64,000 bases of DNA from the NCBI GenBank assembly GCA_951406725.2, contig OX597830.1:38874001-38938000 (forward strand). The letters run 5' to 3'. Below are positions 26,449 through 39,622 of the stretch, piece by piece (the stretch's first letter is position 1; each line of letters opens with the position of its first letter). The DNA comes from Octopus vulgaris (Eukaryota). The translations under genes and the position numbers were made by a program. The notes below the pieces were generated by a model. The model had not been told where the DNA came from, made no database searches, and was given only the letters and a program-made list of their open reading frames with translations.

Positions 26449-26655
26449 TATGAGGAGGGGCTGTAAATGTCCTGCCTGTAAGGGTGTCGCAAAAGGCTTT
26501 TTGGAGACCCGCTCTTCAAAGTCCTAGTACGTGGCTTAGAAAAGCTGAAGGACCGCTGCAAAAAATGTGTGAATCTAAGAGGGGAATAATTAATAATACA
26601 GATCCTCCTGTAACTTCTTTTATTGAAAACCAGAAAATTTCAGCATTCCCACGTA
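26449..26655 (+). mobile_element. Short mariner deletion derivative / MITE
   Basis: Degenerate TIRs tatgaggaggggctgtaaatgtcctg / cagaaaatttcagcattcccacgta; internal RCKKCVNLRGE, similar to a mariner C-terminus. Confidence 0.65.
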
Positions 26656-27129
26656 CATATGCTTCAGAACAATACATTTACTTGAGTACAGAGGGTACTA
26701 TGAAATTAAATATATGAAAGGGTTCAGAAATTACGTAATTTACTTCATTTATTAAGGTAGCATGTAACGTGTGTCCCCAAATTTAATTTCGTGTATGTGT
26801 GTTAGTGTTTTCGTATGCATATACATATGCATATATACACATACATACTGAAAATACGTAGCCACGCACTAATATACACACTTAATCGCATGCGCACTTT
26901 CATAAATATTGTCGGACATGAAGATAAATCCGCCACTGCCATAATCTCAAACTGTTAAACTCTAAACACATAGCTATATTTATTCCTCACTTGTTCAGAA
27001 ATGCACACACGTGCTTCAAAATTATAAACCCAGAAACGATTCTGTCCACTTGAGCATTTTCACCCGCCCTTCTATATCTTATTAAACACACCCACATACA
27101 CACAGTCCCTCTTTCTCTCTCTCACTCTA

Positions 27130-27169
<40 letters not shown>

Positions 27170-27224
27170 ACTCACTCCGAACACAAATGTTGGCAGCAGC
27201 ACTCAAATTTTCCACGCATATTTA

Positions 27225-27366
27225 TAGTTCTGTTCCCCACCGCATGGTTCCTCGTTCAGTCGCACTGCGTGGCACATAGACCAAGTGTCTTCTACTGTAG
27301 CCTCGGGCCGACCAAAGCCTTATGAGTGGATTTGGTAGACGGAAACTGGAAGAAACCCGTCGTGTG

Positions 27367-27423
<57 letters not shown>

Positions 27424-27438
27424 ATATATATATGTATG

Positions 27439-27471
<33 letters not shown>

Positions 27472-27635
27472 GTATGTATATTTATGTGTGTTTCCACCAT
27501 CGCATAGCAACCGATGTTGGTGTATTTATGTTCCCGAAACTTAACATTTCGGCAAAAGACACCGATAGAATAAGTACTAGGCTTGCAAAGATTAAGTCCT
27601 GCACTCAAATGACTGAAACGTGTTGAAGAGTAAAA
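27225..27635 (+). mobile_element. SINE family A with expanded internal microsatellite
   Basis: Both halves match 4928-5328 around a ~120-bp TA/TG/TATG tract. Confidence 0.88.
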
Positions 27636-27793
27636 GCGTGTTACCGCACTTGCCAGAGCACATTCCGTGGACCGTGCATCTGCTCTTTCCCCCCGCACCA
27701 GCCCCGCCCTCACCCGTTTCCCCTCATCTACCATCCCACCACCATACCTCTCCAACGCACCATTCCTCGAGACTCGTCAGGTGACCGCACTGG

Positions 27794-27873
<80 letters not shown>

Positions 27874-27900
27874 CATTATTATTACTATTATTATTATTAC

Positions 27901-27961
<61 letters not shown>
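27794..27961. repeat. (ATT)n microsatellite
   Basis: Direct observation; forms the 3' flank or tail of the adjacent RLE element. Confidence 0.98.
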
Positions 27962-27964
<3 letters not shown>

Positions 27965-28448
27965 TAGTTTTATTTTTATAACGTGCTTTCACTTCACTAC
28001 CGAGCGCAGCTCTGTGTGCCTTGGGTATGTGCTGTGATTTGTTGTGATGCTCTGTTGGTTATTGTATGGAAAGTGTTCTGCGTAGGATGTGTGCAGTGCT
28101 TAGTAGTGCAATTTTGTGTATGTTATATGTGTTTGTAAGTCCTGGTGTTTTTGTTATGTATTTGTCTGAATACTTTTTTATCATGCCTAATGCACCTACT
28201 ATGATAGGAATTGTTTCTGTCTTTAGATTCCACTTTCTGTTTACCTCTATTTCCAGGTCTTTTTATTTTGAAAGTTTCTCCATTACTTTTAGAGATACGT
28301 TGTCGTCTGCTGGTATTGATACTTCAATTAGAAAGCATTTTTTCTTCATGATCTCTGACAGCTATATCTGGTCTGTTGGCCTTAATTTCTCTATCTGTGT
28401 GTATCGACATATCCCAGAGTATGGTAGCTTTCTCGTTTTCTGAGACCT
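27961..28448 (-). mobile_element. 5'-truncated RLE-type LINE (R4/Dong-like): restriction-like endonuclease domain and 3' UTR
   Basis: Minus strand TILWDM..IKANRPDI....FLIEVSIPADDNVSLK..KLSK..DLEIEV..W......IPIIVGALG...ALLSTAHILRRTLSIQ*; ends in (TAA)n. Confidence 0.92.
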
Positions 28449-28469
28449 TTTATTATTATTATTATTATT

Positions 28470-29023
28470 GAGTGAGCGAGGAGAGCATGCTATCAAAGTG
28501 ACACTGGGGTAAAATATACGAAGCCCAGTATACCCATCATGACTACCCGTCTGATAAGGGCAAACCAGGCACATGCATCACAACCATATGTGCGCGACAT
28601 GGTGATCTCATATCAAGATAAACAGCACATGACCTTGCAGGTGGAGCCCAGTTAGAATTCTCTTCAGATCGAGTAACCCATCCCGCTCAAAAGGTCCCCG
28701 AATAAGGGTTGTTTAAGGATGTTGAACGAAACACCCATGTTTCCAGAGGTGAATTATTCAAACCCCAAAGAATCCTTCTCAACACATGGCTATGATGCTT
28801 CCCCACTACTTCTGCTCGTGATCAGAGATGCACATATCGTCAGCCACTAAGGGACATGCTCAACTGGTTAAGGTCAAACAACTGACAAGCAAATCTGTGG
28901 TATTGAGCAGAATATTTGCTGTAGCCCATCTTTTATACCAAGACAAAACAATGTACATGATAACACTTTCAATCAGTTAAGATCAGAAGCCATGAGAGTC
29001 ACTGCCTGGTACTGCATCAGGGC

Positions 29024-29027
<4 letters not shown>
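28470..29027 (-). mobile_element. Non-coding ~555-bp element inserted in (TAA)n; probable non-autonomous partner of RLE LINEs
   Basis: GC-richer block with sharp ends, ATT arrays on both sides, no recognisable ORF or tRNA head; strand inferred from the TAA tail polarity of its neighbours. Confidence 0.55.
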
Positions 29028-29101
<74 letters not shown>

Positions 29102-29117
29102 CATCATCATCATCATT

Positions 29118-29148
<31 letters not shown>

Positions 29149-29150
29149 TT

Positions 29151-30200
29151 GTCTTTGTACAGCTTCTTACGCTGGAGATGTTGTACGGTGTCAGCTGTTC
29201 ACTACCCATGAACTAAGGTAACACCTCTTATTTTTCGAGCAACTTCCGGAGTATCCGAGCGGTTCCAGGCAGTGTTATTTCCTGCAAGTGCTTCACTATT
29301 ATTGCAGGCCATGTTTGTTCCAGGTACTTCTCAAAGTTTTTATTCACTTTTCCCAGATCTCCGATAATTATTGTTACTACTACCACCTTTTTCAATAGAC
29401 CACAACTGCTTTACCTCCCAAGCTAACCTGTTATATCTAACGATTTTTCTTTCTTCCTTATCGCATACCTTGTTGTCAGCTGGACATGCTTTATCTATGA
29501 TCCAGCATAGTTTGCTTTGTTTCTCAATTAAGAACATGTCTGGCTTCCTATTCTCTATCTCATGGTCACACTGAATCATAAAACCCCACAGGATCTTTGC
29601 ATTATCATATTTCGATGATGCCTTCGGATTTGTGGCCATACCAATTTTTTTCTCTGTCTAGTTCTAGTCCACACTTGTTGCAAAGTGTCTAATTAACAAA
29701 CCTTAGTATATTGTCGTGGCATCACTTATATTCCTTCTGGGCTAGTGGCGTACTTTGGCTGGTAATATGCCATAAGATATCACCATATTGTCCACAGATG
29801 CTGCACTTATCACTTTCTGATGTGTTCTCTACTCTTCAGTTTATATAGTTTGTTCTTAGTGCTTGCTCTTGGGCAGCACAGATTAGAGCCTCCGTTTCCG
29901 GTTTCAGATCACACTTAGTCATTCACCGCCATCTTTTTCTCTGTCTGTCTTATCTTCAACATCTCTATGAAATTGTCCATGCATTCTTTTCTTTACCCTC
30001 CTATTTTCTCATTCACCGCCATCTTTTTCTCTGTCTGTCTTATCTTCAACATCTCTATGAAATTGTCCATGCATTCTTTTCTTTACCCTCCTATTTTCAG
30101 TTTCATTCGTTTTCAGTTGCTTGCACAGTGCTTTATCTTTGCAATCTTCCATCCTACAGAAGCCTGACCTTCTTACTTCTAGTAATAGCGGTCATGTGAC
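29151..30200 (-). mobile_element. Second RLE-type LINE fragment (CCHC knuckle and RLE domain), a different family
   Basis: LKPETEALICAAQEQALRTN, KCSICGQ..HIT knuckle remnant, AKILWGFMIQCDHEIENRKPD, GTARILRKLLE. Confidence 0.92.
29919..30098. repeat. Exact 90-bp tandem duplication inside the LINE
   Basis: 29919-30008 equals 30009-30098. Confidence 0.95.
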
Positions 30201-30204
30201 ATAT

Positions 30205-30300
30205 TGTACATACCATGCTAGACAAGCTAAAGAGCTTAGACAGAAAGACAAGGCAGTTACTAATTAGATATGGGACACTCCACCGAAAAAGTGGTAGTGT
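30205..30300 (+). mobile_element. Inverted upstream piece of the RLE LINE
   Basis: Plus strand LKSLDRKTRQLLIRYGTLHRKS resembles the post-RT DRKTRKLL...LHPKSD motif of R4-like elements, opposite in orientation to the adjacent fragment. Confidence 0.7.
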
Positions 30301-30349
30301 ACATCTTACACCGTTGTACATCTCCATTGTTAGAAGCTGTGCAAAGAAA

Positions 30350-30356
30350 GTAGTAA

Positions 30357-30416
<60 letters not shown>

Positions 30417-30441
30417 CGGCAGCAGCAGCAGTAGCAGCAGC

Positions 30442-30511
<70 letters not shown>

Positions 30512-30512
30512 A
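30350..30512. repeat. (GTA)n/(GCA)n microsatellite
   Basis: Direct observation. Confidence 0.98.
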
Positions 30513-31049
30513 TCCGTTATTAATATTAAACTTGGTGGTGTTGGTGTTGATTTGTTGTCATCACTGAATCTTCATTTTTTTTCCCTAGTTTATTTCTCTT
30601 TTTATACTATTTGACAATCCCATCGCTGTTTATTAGATTTAATGTCACTGATTGAGAATGACCTAATGTTTGGTCGGTGTATGTAAGTAAAAAAGAGAGA
30701 CGGAGAGTGTGTGCGTGTATGTTCGTGTGTAGCTGTTTGCTCGTGTGAATGTGTGTGAGCGCATGAATGCGCATGGATACATGTGCTAAACGATTCCACT
30801 TGTACTATGTACAACTCAGTACATGAATGCACTGATGTGCATATGTGACAGTGCGTAAGCAACTGTCAAGCAGTATTTACGCACAGGCTTATGTATATAT
30901 GTGTACATTTTATGTGGGTGTACGACCATGTGTACGCGCATATATTAAATGTTTATGTGGGCTTGGAACATTGTTTGAGGAAGCTTGAGCATGGATTCTT
31001 TGTAAAAATGCGAAATATATGTGGGCACGTAGCTGTGTTCGAATGAATG

Positions 31050-31228
31050 TGGAATTGTTCAACAATTCCGGACAGTACTTATATTTCAAGCCTAGCACTT
31101 TTTCTAACAGTCTCTTTCGCCGAACCGCTGGTTGCGTGAACGTAAACCACCAACACCGGTTGTCAAGCGGTGATGGAGGGACAAACACAGACGCAGACAC
31201 ATAAACATACACACATATAGATATATAT

Positions 31229-31274
<46 letters not shown>

Positions 31275-31452
31275 GACGGGTTTGTTTCAGTTTGTTTCTA
31301 CGAAATCCACTCACAAGTCTTTGGTCGGCTCGAGGCTATAATAGAAGATGCCTAGGTGCCGCACAGTAGGGCTGAACCCAGAAACATGTAGATGGGAAGC
31401 AATCTTCCTACCAAACATCCATATCTGCGCCTATGTATACACACACGCACAT

Positions 31453-31538
<86 letters not shown>

Positions 31539-31655
31539 TACGAGAAACCACAGATTTCGTCTACGAAATCCATTCACATGCTGAAGGTTCCATGCAGTGA
31601 AAGTGAACGCAAGACCATGAGGCTTGGAAGGAAACTTTTTACCACACAGCCTCGC
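31050..31655 (-). mobile_element. Two SINE family A copies (31050-31425 near full length; 31538-31655 deleted 5' part)
   Basis: Reverse-complement matches to 4928-5328. Confidence 0.8.
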
Positions 31656-32370
31656 CTTTATTTATATTAGGTCTCGCAGAAAAGGTTCACACATTACCAC
31701 AGGTTTCTTGTGAAATATCACAAACTATTGTGAATCGTTGTTGGATTACCCTCATAAGTGGAATCTGGACAGGCTACTTTGTAGTGGTATCGAGTTGTAG
31801 AATTGCTAATACTGAGGTCAAACCAAGTCGTGATATTTTGAAATCATTTACATGGAACGTTTCATCTTCGCGTAGACTAGAACAGAAAATGCATCTAACG
31901 CGTAAGAGTATGGATAAAATAAGAGTTGTCATCCTCTGAAGTTTCTTATGCTAGGTGCCTGTTAGACATTTATATTTGTTAGTTGATGTATGGAAAATTA
32001 CTATCGTAAATGATAAAGGTTTATAGATTTTTCGTACATTGTATAAATTATCTCGCAAGTTACACGCTTGAGAAACGTATTGAATTTAAATTTATGTTAA
32101 ATACATATAATTTTACCAAGTCAATGAACTTAAACATTTATTCAAAAAATTCATTTGGTTAATATAAAAGTTGTTTATTTTTATCTTTTCTCACCATTTT
32201 TTAAAAGTTTCGTTACCTGAAACTTAATGCATTTCCATACGAAAGAAAAAATTTATTAAGAGCTTCAAGTGCACAGGCATTTGGCCTCCTTTCAGCATCG
32301 ATCCAGTAGTCTAAGCTACATCTCCTTAGCATAAATCCATAATTATATTATTTAATGTCTCTCCATGAGA

Positions 32371-32590
32371 AGGCGGTGAGCTTGCAGAATCTCTAGCAGG
32401 TTGGACAAAATGCTTAGTGGCATTTCATCAGTATTTAAGTTCTGAGTTCAAATTCCACCGAGGTCGACTTTGCCTTTCATCCTTTCCAGCCTGCTAAAAT
32501 AAGCATCAGTTGAACACTGTGGTCGATGCAATCGGCTTAGCTTAGCTCCTGCCTCAAATTGCTGGTCTTATTCTAAAACTTGAAACCAAT
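32371..32590 (+). mobile_element. SINE family B
   Basis: aggcggtgagcttgcagaat...gagttcaaattccaccgaggtcgactttgcctttcatcc; imperfect TSD at(g/a)tctctcc. Confidence 0.85.
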
Positions 32591-32689
32591 ATATCTCTCC
32601 TTTAGATTTGTAAGTAGATAATAGATTTGTAAAATCTATAATAAAAGAGGAATGATCGGGACAAAAAATGACTTTTACGTTCTGTTATA

Positions 32690-32724
<35 letters not shown>

Positions 32725-32725
<1 letters not shown>

Positions 32726-33124
32726 TCTCTTTTAATTTTTTCAGTCATTTGACTGCGGCCTTGCTGGAGCATCGCCTTTAGTCGAGCAAATGGACCCCAG
32801 GACTTATTCTTTGTATCGGCCTCTTTGGCCGAACCGCTAAGTTACGGGGACACCAGCATCGGTTGTCAATCGATGTTGGGGGGACAAACGTAGGCACACA
32901 AGCACACACACACACACTCACACATACACACACACATATATATATGTATATTTACATATATACAACGGGCTTCTTTCAGTTTCCGTCTACCAAATCCACT
33001 CACAAAGCTTTGGTTGGCTCAAGGCTATAGTAGAAGACACTTGCCCAAGGTATCACGCAGCGCGACTGAACCCGGAACCATGTGGTAGGTAAGCAAGCTA
33101 CTTAACACACAGCCACTCCTGCAC
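32725..33124 (-). mobile_element. SINE family A, full length
   Basis: Colinear reverse complement of 4928-5328. Confidence 0.9.
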
Positions 33125-33159
<35 letters not shown>

Positions 33160-33431
33160 GACAAATAGCAGTGTTCAGTTGGTAAAAGATGTGCAGCATC
33201 AGATAGAAATATATTAACAGTGAACAGTTCGGAAGATACGTTCCGATTTTATTCCCTACACGATTATAAACAATTTTATAACATTTGTTTCGTCACAATT
33301 TTTGAAATAAGGCCAAAATGTTAGCATTATATAGGTTTAATTTACACGCTCATGGGCACGCTCATTTATACATTTAATCTCTGTCTCTTTCTCTCGCTAT
33401 CTCTCCTCTCTCTCTCTCTCTCTCTCTGTCA

Positions 33432-33462
<31 letters not shown>

Positions 33463-33728
33463 TCATACAATGTAACTGATGTAACTGCACATACTTTTGT
33501 TGTGTCTGTGAGCACATACATTTAGTAATATTAATATATACGTATATAGTAATATTAATATATACGAACAGAGAATTTAGACAGACAGACAGACAGACAG
33601 ACATACAGTTAGATAGATATATATATAGATAGATAAATACATAGATAGATAGACAGACAGACATAGATAGATACATAGGCAGATAGACAGATAGACAGAC
33701 AGATAGGTAGAGAGATAGAGATATAGAT

Positions 33729-33888
33729 ATGTTTCTTTATTAGCCACACTGGGCTGCACACAGACAGGGCAAATTACAAGGTAGAGCTTTTCTTTTGGGG
33801 GTAAGAAAGGGGGTTTGGTTTTCAATCAAAAGGGATCGTAAAGGGAAAGAAAGAGGACAAAAAAAGGGGGGAATTTTTTTTTTTTCAA
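33729..33888 (-). mobile_element. 3'-terminal fragment of a Tx1-like LINE in (GATA)n
   Basis: Same terminus gtgtggctaataaagaaacat (agtgtggc/tgtgtggc) as the copy at 34006. Confidence 0.85.
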
Positions 33889-34005
33889 TAGATAGATAGA
33901 TAGATAGATAGAAAGGCAGACAGACAGACAGAAAGAAAGACAGATAGACAGACAGGCAGACGGACAGACAGACAGACAGACAGATAGATAGATAGATAGA
34001 TAGAT

Positions 34006-34077
34006 ATGTTTCTTTATTAGCCACACAGGGCTGCACACAGATAGAACAAATTACAAGGTAGAGCTTTTCTTTTGAAT

Positions 34078-34112
<35 letters not shown>

Positions 34113-35071
34113 AAGGGGGAGTTTCGATCAAAAGGGATCGTAAAAGGAGAGAAGGAGGACAAAAAAAAGGGGGGTTAAAAAAAGGGGGAGAGGAAAAAAA
34201 AAAAAAAAAAAAAAAAATTGATCAATAGGGATCGTTATCACAGAAATGTCAATATGAAGTGTAAAGGGGAGGACAGGTGAGGTTTACCCGTGGAAAGAAA
34301 AGCCTACGGAAAAGACCACGGTAACCTCGGTCAATGAAGTCACATTTTATATTTCTTTTTTTTTTTTTTTTTTTTTTTGCAAATAAGCAACTCTCTGTTT
34401 TCGATTTCTGGGTTCATAGGACTATGCTCAAGGTGGCTTCGTCATTCATACGTGCCATTCTTGCTACATTCACCCATCTTTTTTTAAAACATTCGCTAGA
34501 CAAAACTTGCCTCTCTACTCTCACTTTCCTTTTCAAGTGGTACTTGAAGAAGTTGATGAGAGATTGACCAGAGAGGAAAGTGTTTGTCTCCAATCCTTTC
34601 AGACGCGTCCACCAGATACATTCTTTCGCCATAGCCACAAGGATGATGAAAATAGCTCTTCCTTCCCGTTTGAAGGAAGGAGGCGTGACAATATTGACGA
34701 TAGACTCAGCTGATAAACCGACTCGTCCCACACGTGACAGCAGTTGTTCGACATAAGCCCACAGGTCGGAAATTGTTGGACACTGAACGAGTGCGTGCAG
34801 AACGGTTTCGTCGCTCTGACCGCATCTCGGGCAGGTCGGCCCCGTGTTTCTCGAGCCGTGTCTGTAGAGCTTATCCCGAACGGGTAGCGCTTCTCGGTAG
34901 CACTGCCAGGCCAGGGATCTCTGGAAGTTGTCCATGGGCCCTGGCCCGAAAGTCGTCCTGAACAGGCGGGTCAGGTACTCCTCGTCGACGTCCAGGTTCG
35001 CCCCGAGCTCGTCGTCGTACCTCCCCTCCACTAAACCCCTATAGAATGCTTTGGTTGTGTTGAAGTCACTT
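34006..35071 (-). mobile_element. 5'-truncated Tx1/L1-clade LINE inserted in (GATA)n
   Basis: Open ORF2 C-terminus plus T-rich 3' UTR with AATAAA near the end; GATA arrays abut both junctions. Confidence 0.9.
34414..35070 (-). CDS. Uninterrupted C-terminal part of Tx1-like ORF2 (zf-RVT CCHC domain); no true start
   Basis: [16 protein letters not shown]....[19 protein letters not shown]...LW; ~218 codons without a stop; the N-terminal SIYL run in the ORF track is translated microsatellite. Confidence 0.85.
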   Translation of the reverse strand, partial: SDFNTTKAFYRGLVEGRYDDELGANLDVDEEYLTRLFRTTFGPGPMDNFQRSLAWQCYREALPVRDKLYRHGSRNTGPTCPRCGQSDETVLHALVQCPTISDLWAYVEQLLSRVGRVGLSAESIVNIVTPPSFKREGRAIFIILVAMAKECIWWTRLKGLETNTFLSGQSLINFFKYHLKRKVRVERQVLSSECFKKRWVNVARMARMNDEATLSIVL

Positions 35072-35373
<302 letters not shown>

Positions 35374-36296
35374 TCTTAGATAGGAAATGATGAGAGGAAC
35401 TTGAAATATTGATACCTTTACGAACAGCCAGGCGATTCGGTTTGACAGAAGTTATCAAATTCTAAACACTATATTCCCACACTACCCATTCCTATTATTA
35501 GTGAACCACGTAACCCATACTACGCATTCATTAAAATTACTTGTCTACTCAAGTCTTAGTTTTCAATGTTTTAAGAGTCTAGTTAAAGCCTGAAGCATTC
35601 TAAGCAGGCTACACATCGTTGAAAGGTTCTTAGCCAACGAGCTATTCATAACACTATACATTCTACTTTATGTCATGAAAATGTTTTCTTCTCGAACACC
35701 GAACAAACATTATTCACTAAGGAAACTAAATTGTTCTGATATCTATTGTTGAAAGAGATTCATGCAAATATTTTTCTTGTACGCTACACCATAGAAAATG
35801 TGAGAATACACGATTATCTCTAAATGTATTATGTTTTCTAACAAATCATTTCGTGCAGTCTGGATTACTTCTGCGTGATACGTTTACATACACACACACA
35901 CATAGACTAACACATATACCCATATATAGATAACCACATATACACACATATCTGTGTATGTTTGTATTTATGTATGTATGAGGGTGTTAGTGTGCTCGCG
36001 AAATATTTGTCAGCTGGGGTTTCTGCCTATTCCATATCAAATAATTTGCCTAAGTATATTAAACCGCTAAGCATACTCTGATCCTGTAGGCAATTTCCTG
36101 TGCGTACTTACGCAAACATACATGTGTGCAGTATATATATATATATATGTGATAGACAGACAGAGAGAAAGACACATACACGCGTACACACACAATGATA
36201 GATAGATAGATAGATAAATAGATAAAGGGAGAGAGAGAAATATGTATATAAATAGACAGGTAGGTAGGTAAATAGATAGAGAGAGAGAGAGAGATG

Positions 36297-36356
<60 letters not shown>

Positions 36357-37244
36357 TGCACACATACTAATATACATGCTTGTGTGTGTTTGTGTATGTG
36401 TGTATGTGTCTGTGCATATATGCCTGCATGCGTATGTAAATATGCGTGCATATATGTAGGTACGCAAAAATACATATACGTATGCACACCCACACGCGCG
36501 CAGAACATCGCATATATGTGTGTGTGTGAGTGTGTGCGCGCACGTGTGTATTAGCGTGTGCGTCAGTAGGAACATATACAGCGTTCAAAGGACGTAGAAG
36601 AAAATAGCATTAGAATAATATGGATAAAAGAAATTATAGAGAATTATTGAAGCAGAAGAACTTGTTAAACCCTTATTCCGAGTATCACATTACCTATCAT
36701 CAAATAGCAATGAACTGTTCGAAGGATACAATGGCTGTAAATAATGCAGGGTGAATCAGTTGGCTTCTAATCAAATAAAAATTAAATCTTCAAGGGACAG
36801 AGGTTGTCAGGTTTCAAATCTGTGGAAGCCTTTTGGATAAGCAGAATGATCGTTGAGAAAATTAACAAATAACAAAAAAATAATATCGACTGAAATAATG
36901 GTATATAAAAGAGTACAGTTTTCTGAAATAATGTTGCTAGTAATTTCTGCTGCTGAGAACTATTTCAGGGAAATCATTTAACCAATATAGCAATTAGGGA
37001 CCAAGATGGAGTGAGCCGAAAATATAATTGTAAATATGAAAAAGAAGAAACAAGTGTATGAAAATAATAAATTTGTACGTGGGACGGTTTTAGTGAAAGT
37101 AAACTAAGGAAAGAATGGAAGGTTTTTTTAACAAAACGAAGTGGATATGAAAGAGGAAAAATGTTGTTAGAGGGAGTACGGAGCTGTGTAATATGAAATG
37201 AAAGGTTCATGAAATACTAAGAGCAATAAGCTGTAAAGATATAA

Positions 37245-37630
37245 GCGTATGGCCGTGTGGTAAGAAGCTTGCTTGCCAACCACAAGGTTCAGAGTTCAGG
37301 ACTACTGCATAACACCTTGTGCAAGTGTCTTATATTATAGTCTCAGTTCAATCAAAGGTTTGTGAGTAGATTCGGTATACGAAAACTAAAATACGCCTGC
37401 CAAATACATGTATGGGTGTCTGTGTTTGTTTTCCACCCCCGTTCAACAACCGACCGGTGTTTATATATATACGCCCTCGTAACTTTGCAGTTCAGCAAAA
37501 GAAACGGCCAGAATAAATACCCAGCTTTAAATAAATAAGTCCTGGAGTCGATTAGTTCAACTAAAACTATTCAACGGGGTGTCGCAAAATGGCCGCACTC
37601 AAATGCCTGAAACAAGTAAAAGATAAAAGA
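37245..37630 (+). mobile_element. SINE family A, diverged
   Basis: Colinear with 4928-5328, short internal microsatellite. Confidence 0.85.
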
Positions 37631-37898
37631 GAAGTGATAGATATATACGTAAAGGCTATAAAAGACAAAGAGCAGTCTATAATTTATGTACAGAATAAAG
37701 AGTGTGTGGAAACTTAGACAAAAGGCATAGATGAGATGTTGGAGAATTGAGAACTGAGGTGGATAAACTGGACAATTGTTTCGTACAAAAGAACAGTTAG
37801 ACACAAAAATGTTGACAGAATATACGAACAAAATACCTTCAATTGGTGAAAAATAGCTGAAAAGGGTGTCGCCCATTATGCCGAGCCATCACACACAT

Positions 37899-37929
<31 letters not shown>

Positions 37930-37962
37930 TATATGCATGTATGTATGTAAGTATGTATGTAT

Positions 37963-38629
37963 GTCAGGTCACTTTCGATTGCTACTGGTAACATGTAACA
38001 CAGTACAACCTGTTGCATGGTCGGGCCGTCAGCGACTAAACCGGCAACCCCACCAAGCTTGCGTGGTGGGGAGGGTGTTTATTGGACACCCTGCGGGATG
38101 AAAAACAAAACCCGTCAAAGGGCGGAGGAACTCTTGAGAGTCAACGGCCATCCAATAAATTTGTTTGTTTTTTTTAAGGCTTAAGGCTGTATCATGCGCG
38201 GGGACATAGAAATAATCGGACTGAATACCCCATCGCGGGTTAAACCATTGGGAGTGAAGGACTCATAGCCTTTGTTAGGGCATCCTTCTAGGAGAAGGTA
38301 AGTCAGGTAACTGGGATAACTCCGACATAAAACCTGCAGCTCAGTGGTTACCGATGATGTTGACTTATTCTTCTTTTCAGATTATGGCTGCTGTTGCTTA
38401 GTGAGTGGGATTGACTCAGTGCACAGCCTTTCCTCACTTTAAAAAAATCTTCTTGCACAGGCAGTGCACGATAGCAACATTGTTCATGATCGTTGATAGT
38501 GCTGTGAGTCTCAACTGAATAGCTGGCTGTAGCCTTAAAAAGCAAATAAAAGTCACATTCGATCACAGCACCAATAACAGTTAAGCTTCGTGCAATGGCC
38601 ATACTCGATAACGGGGTGGCAGCCATCAT
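37963..38629 (+). mobile_element. Bipartite non-autonomous RTE derivative (5' UTR joined to 3' end) in (TATG)n
   Basis: RTE-5'UTR-like motifs gtggtggggaggg and gggcatccttctaggagaagg; terminus ccatactc....cagccatcat(gtat)n shared with the RTE 3' end at ~60660-60695. Confidence 0.7.
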
Positions 38630-39622
38630 GTATGTATGTGTGTATGTATGTATGTATGTATGTATGTATGCACGTATATAGACAGGTATGTTGAGGCAAA
38701 CAGGATAAATAGAACTCGAAATATGAAAATACGTATATGCTTAATAAATATTTAGCAAAAGTGTCAGAGTGACTCAAGGTTTGAGTGTTTCGTGCGTTTC
38801 ATAAGTGTCAATGCACGAAATTCTGTGACTTTGGGTTACTTGTATTTTTCTATTAATCCCTACTTGTAGTTTTCTGTTAATCCGCCTGTTTCCATGTAAA
38901 AGTGTACACTATATAACCTCCCCATTTACGAACTCATGTGACAACAACTCACTTCCTCAAATTCTTGGCAATATTTTAAATTCTCATGTATAGTGCATAA
39001 AAGTTAATTTTAATTTTTATGCGGTGTTGGGCTTTATTTCTGCAACATATTTGTATATTATATTAGATACTGTGAGTCCCTATGGAAATATCTAAACAAT
39101 ATGGGAAAAAAAAGACGTATGTAAGTGTTTTTCAATTTTGTTTGTCATTCACTAACATCATTGGTTTTACAAATATCAATAAACAAAAAAATTTACATGA
39201 TTGTATATCGGCGAAGAATTTCAATTTTGACGGTGAACGATAACAATATATACGCAAATGTAATTTTACCGCAATTCTCTTATCTCAAATTTTCGTAAAT
39301 TCTCGAGCTGCAGGAGAAAGATTATTTTTTTCTATTTAAAAAGCGTCGATAAACTGGTCATTCATATCCACTAAGGGATTATATACGTAAGATATAGCTG
39401 TGTAATTTCACTTGAATTTTGTTAATAGATTCTAGGCATTTGAAGTTCTACACCCATAAATAATATTAAACATAGGTCAAAATAAAACCAGAACAATTTA
39501 TATAGTGTATACAGCGCTGTATCTTCAGTTGGTGACGAAAATATACCAGAAGCCATAAAAAAGGACCAAATGTAGGCCATTTATTACTCCTTCGGTATAG
39601 CTAGCTTCCAACAAGCAAATAG

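Noticed and set aside
28066-28443. 125-aa plus-strand ORF
   Set aside because: Antisense of the RLE endonuclease coding region.
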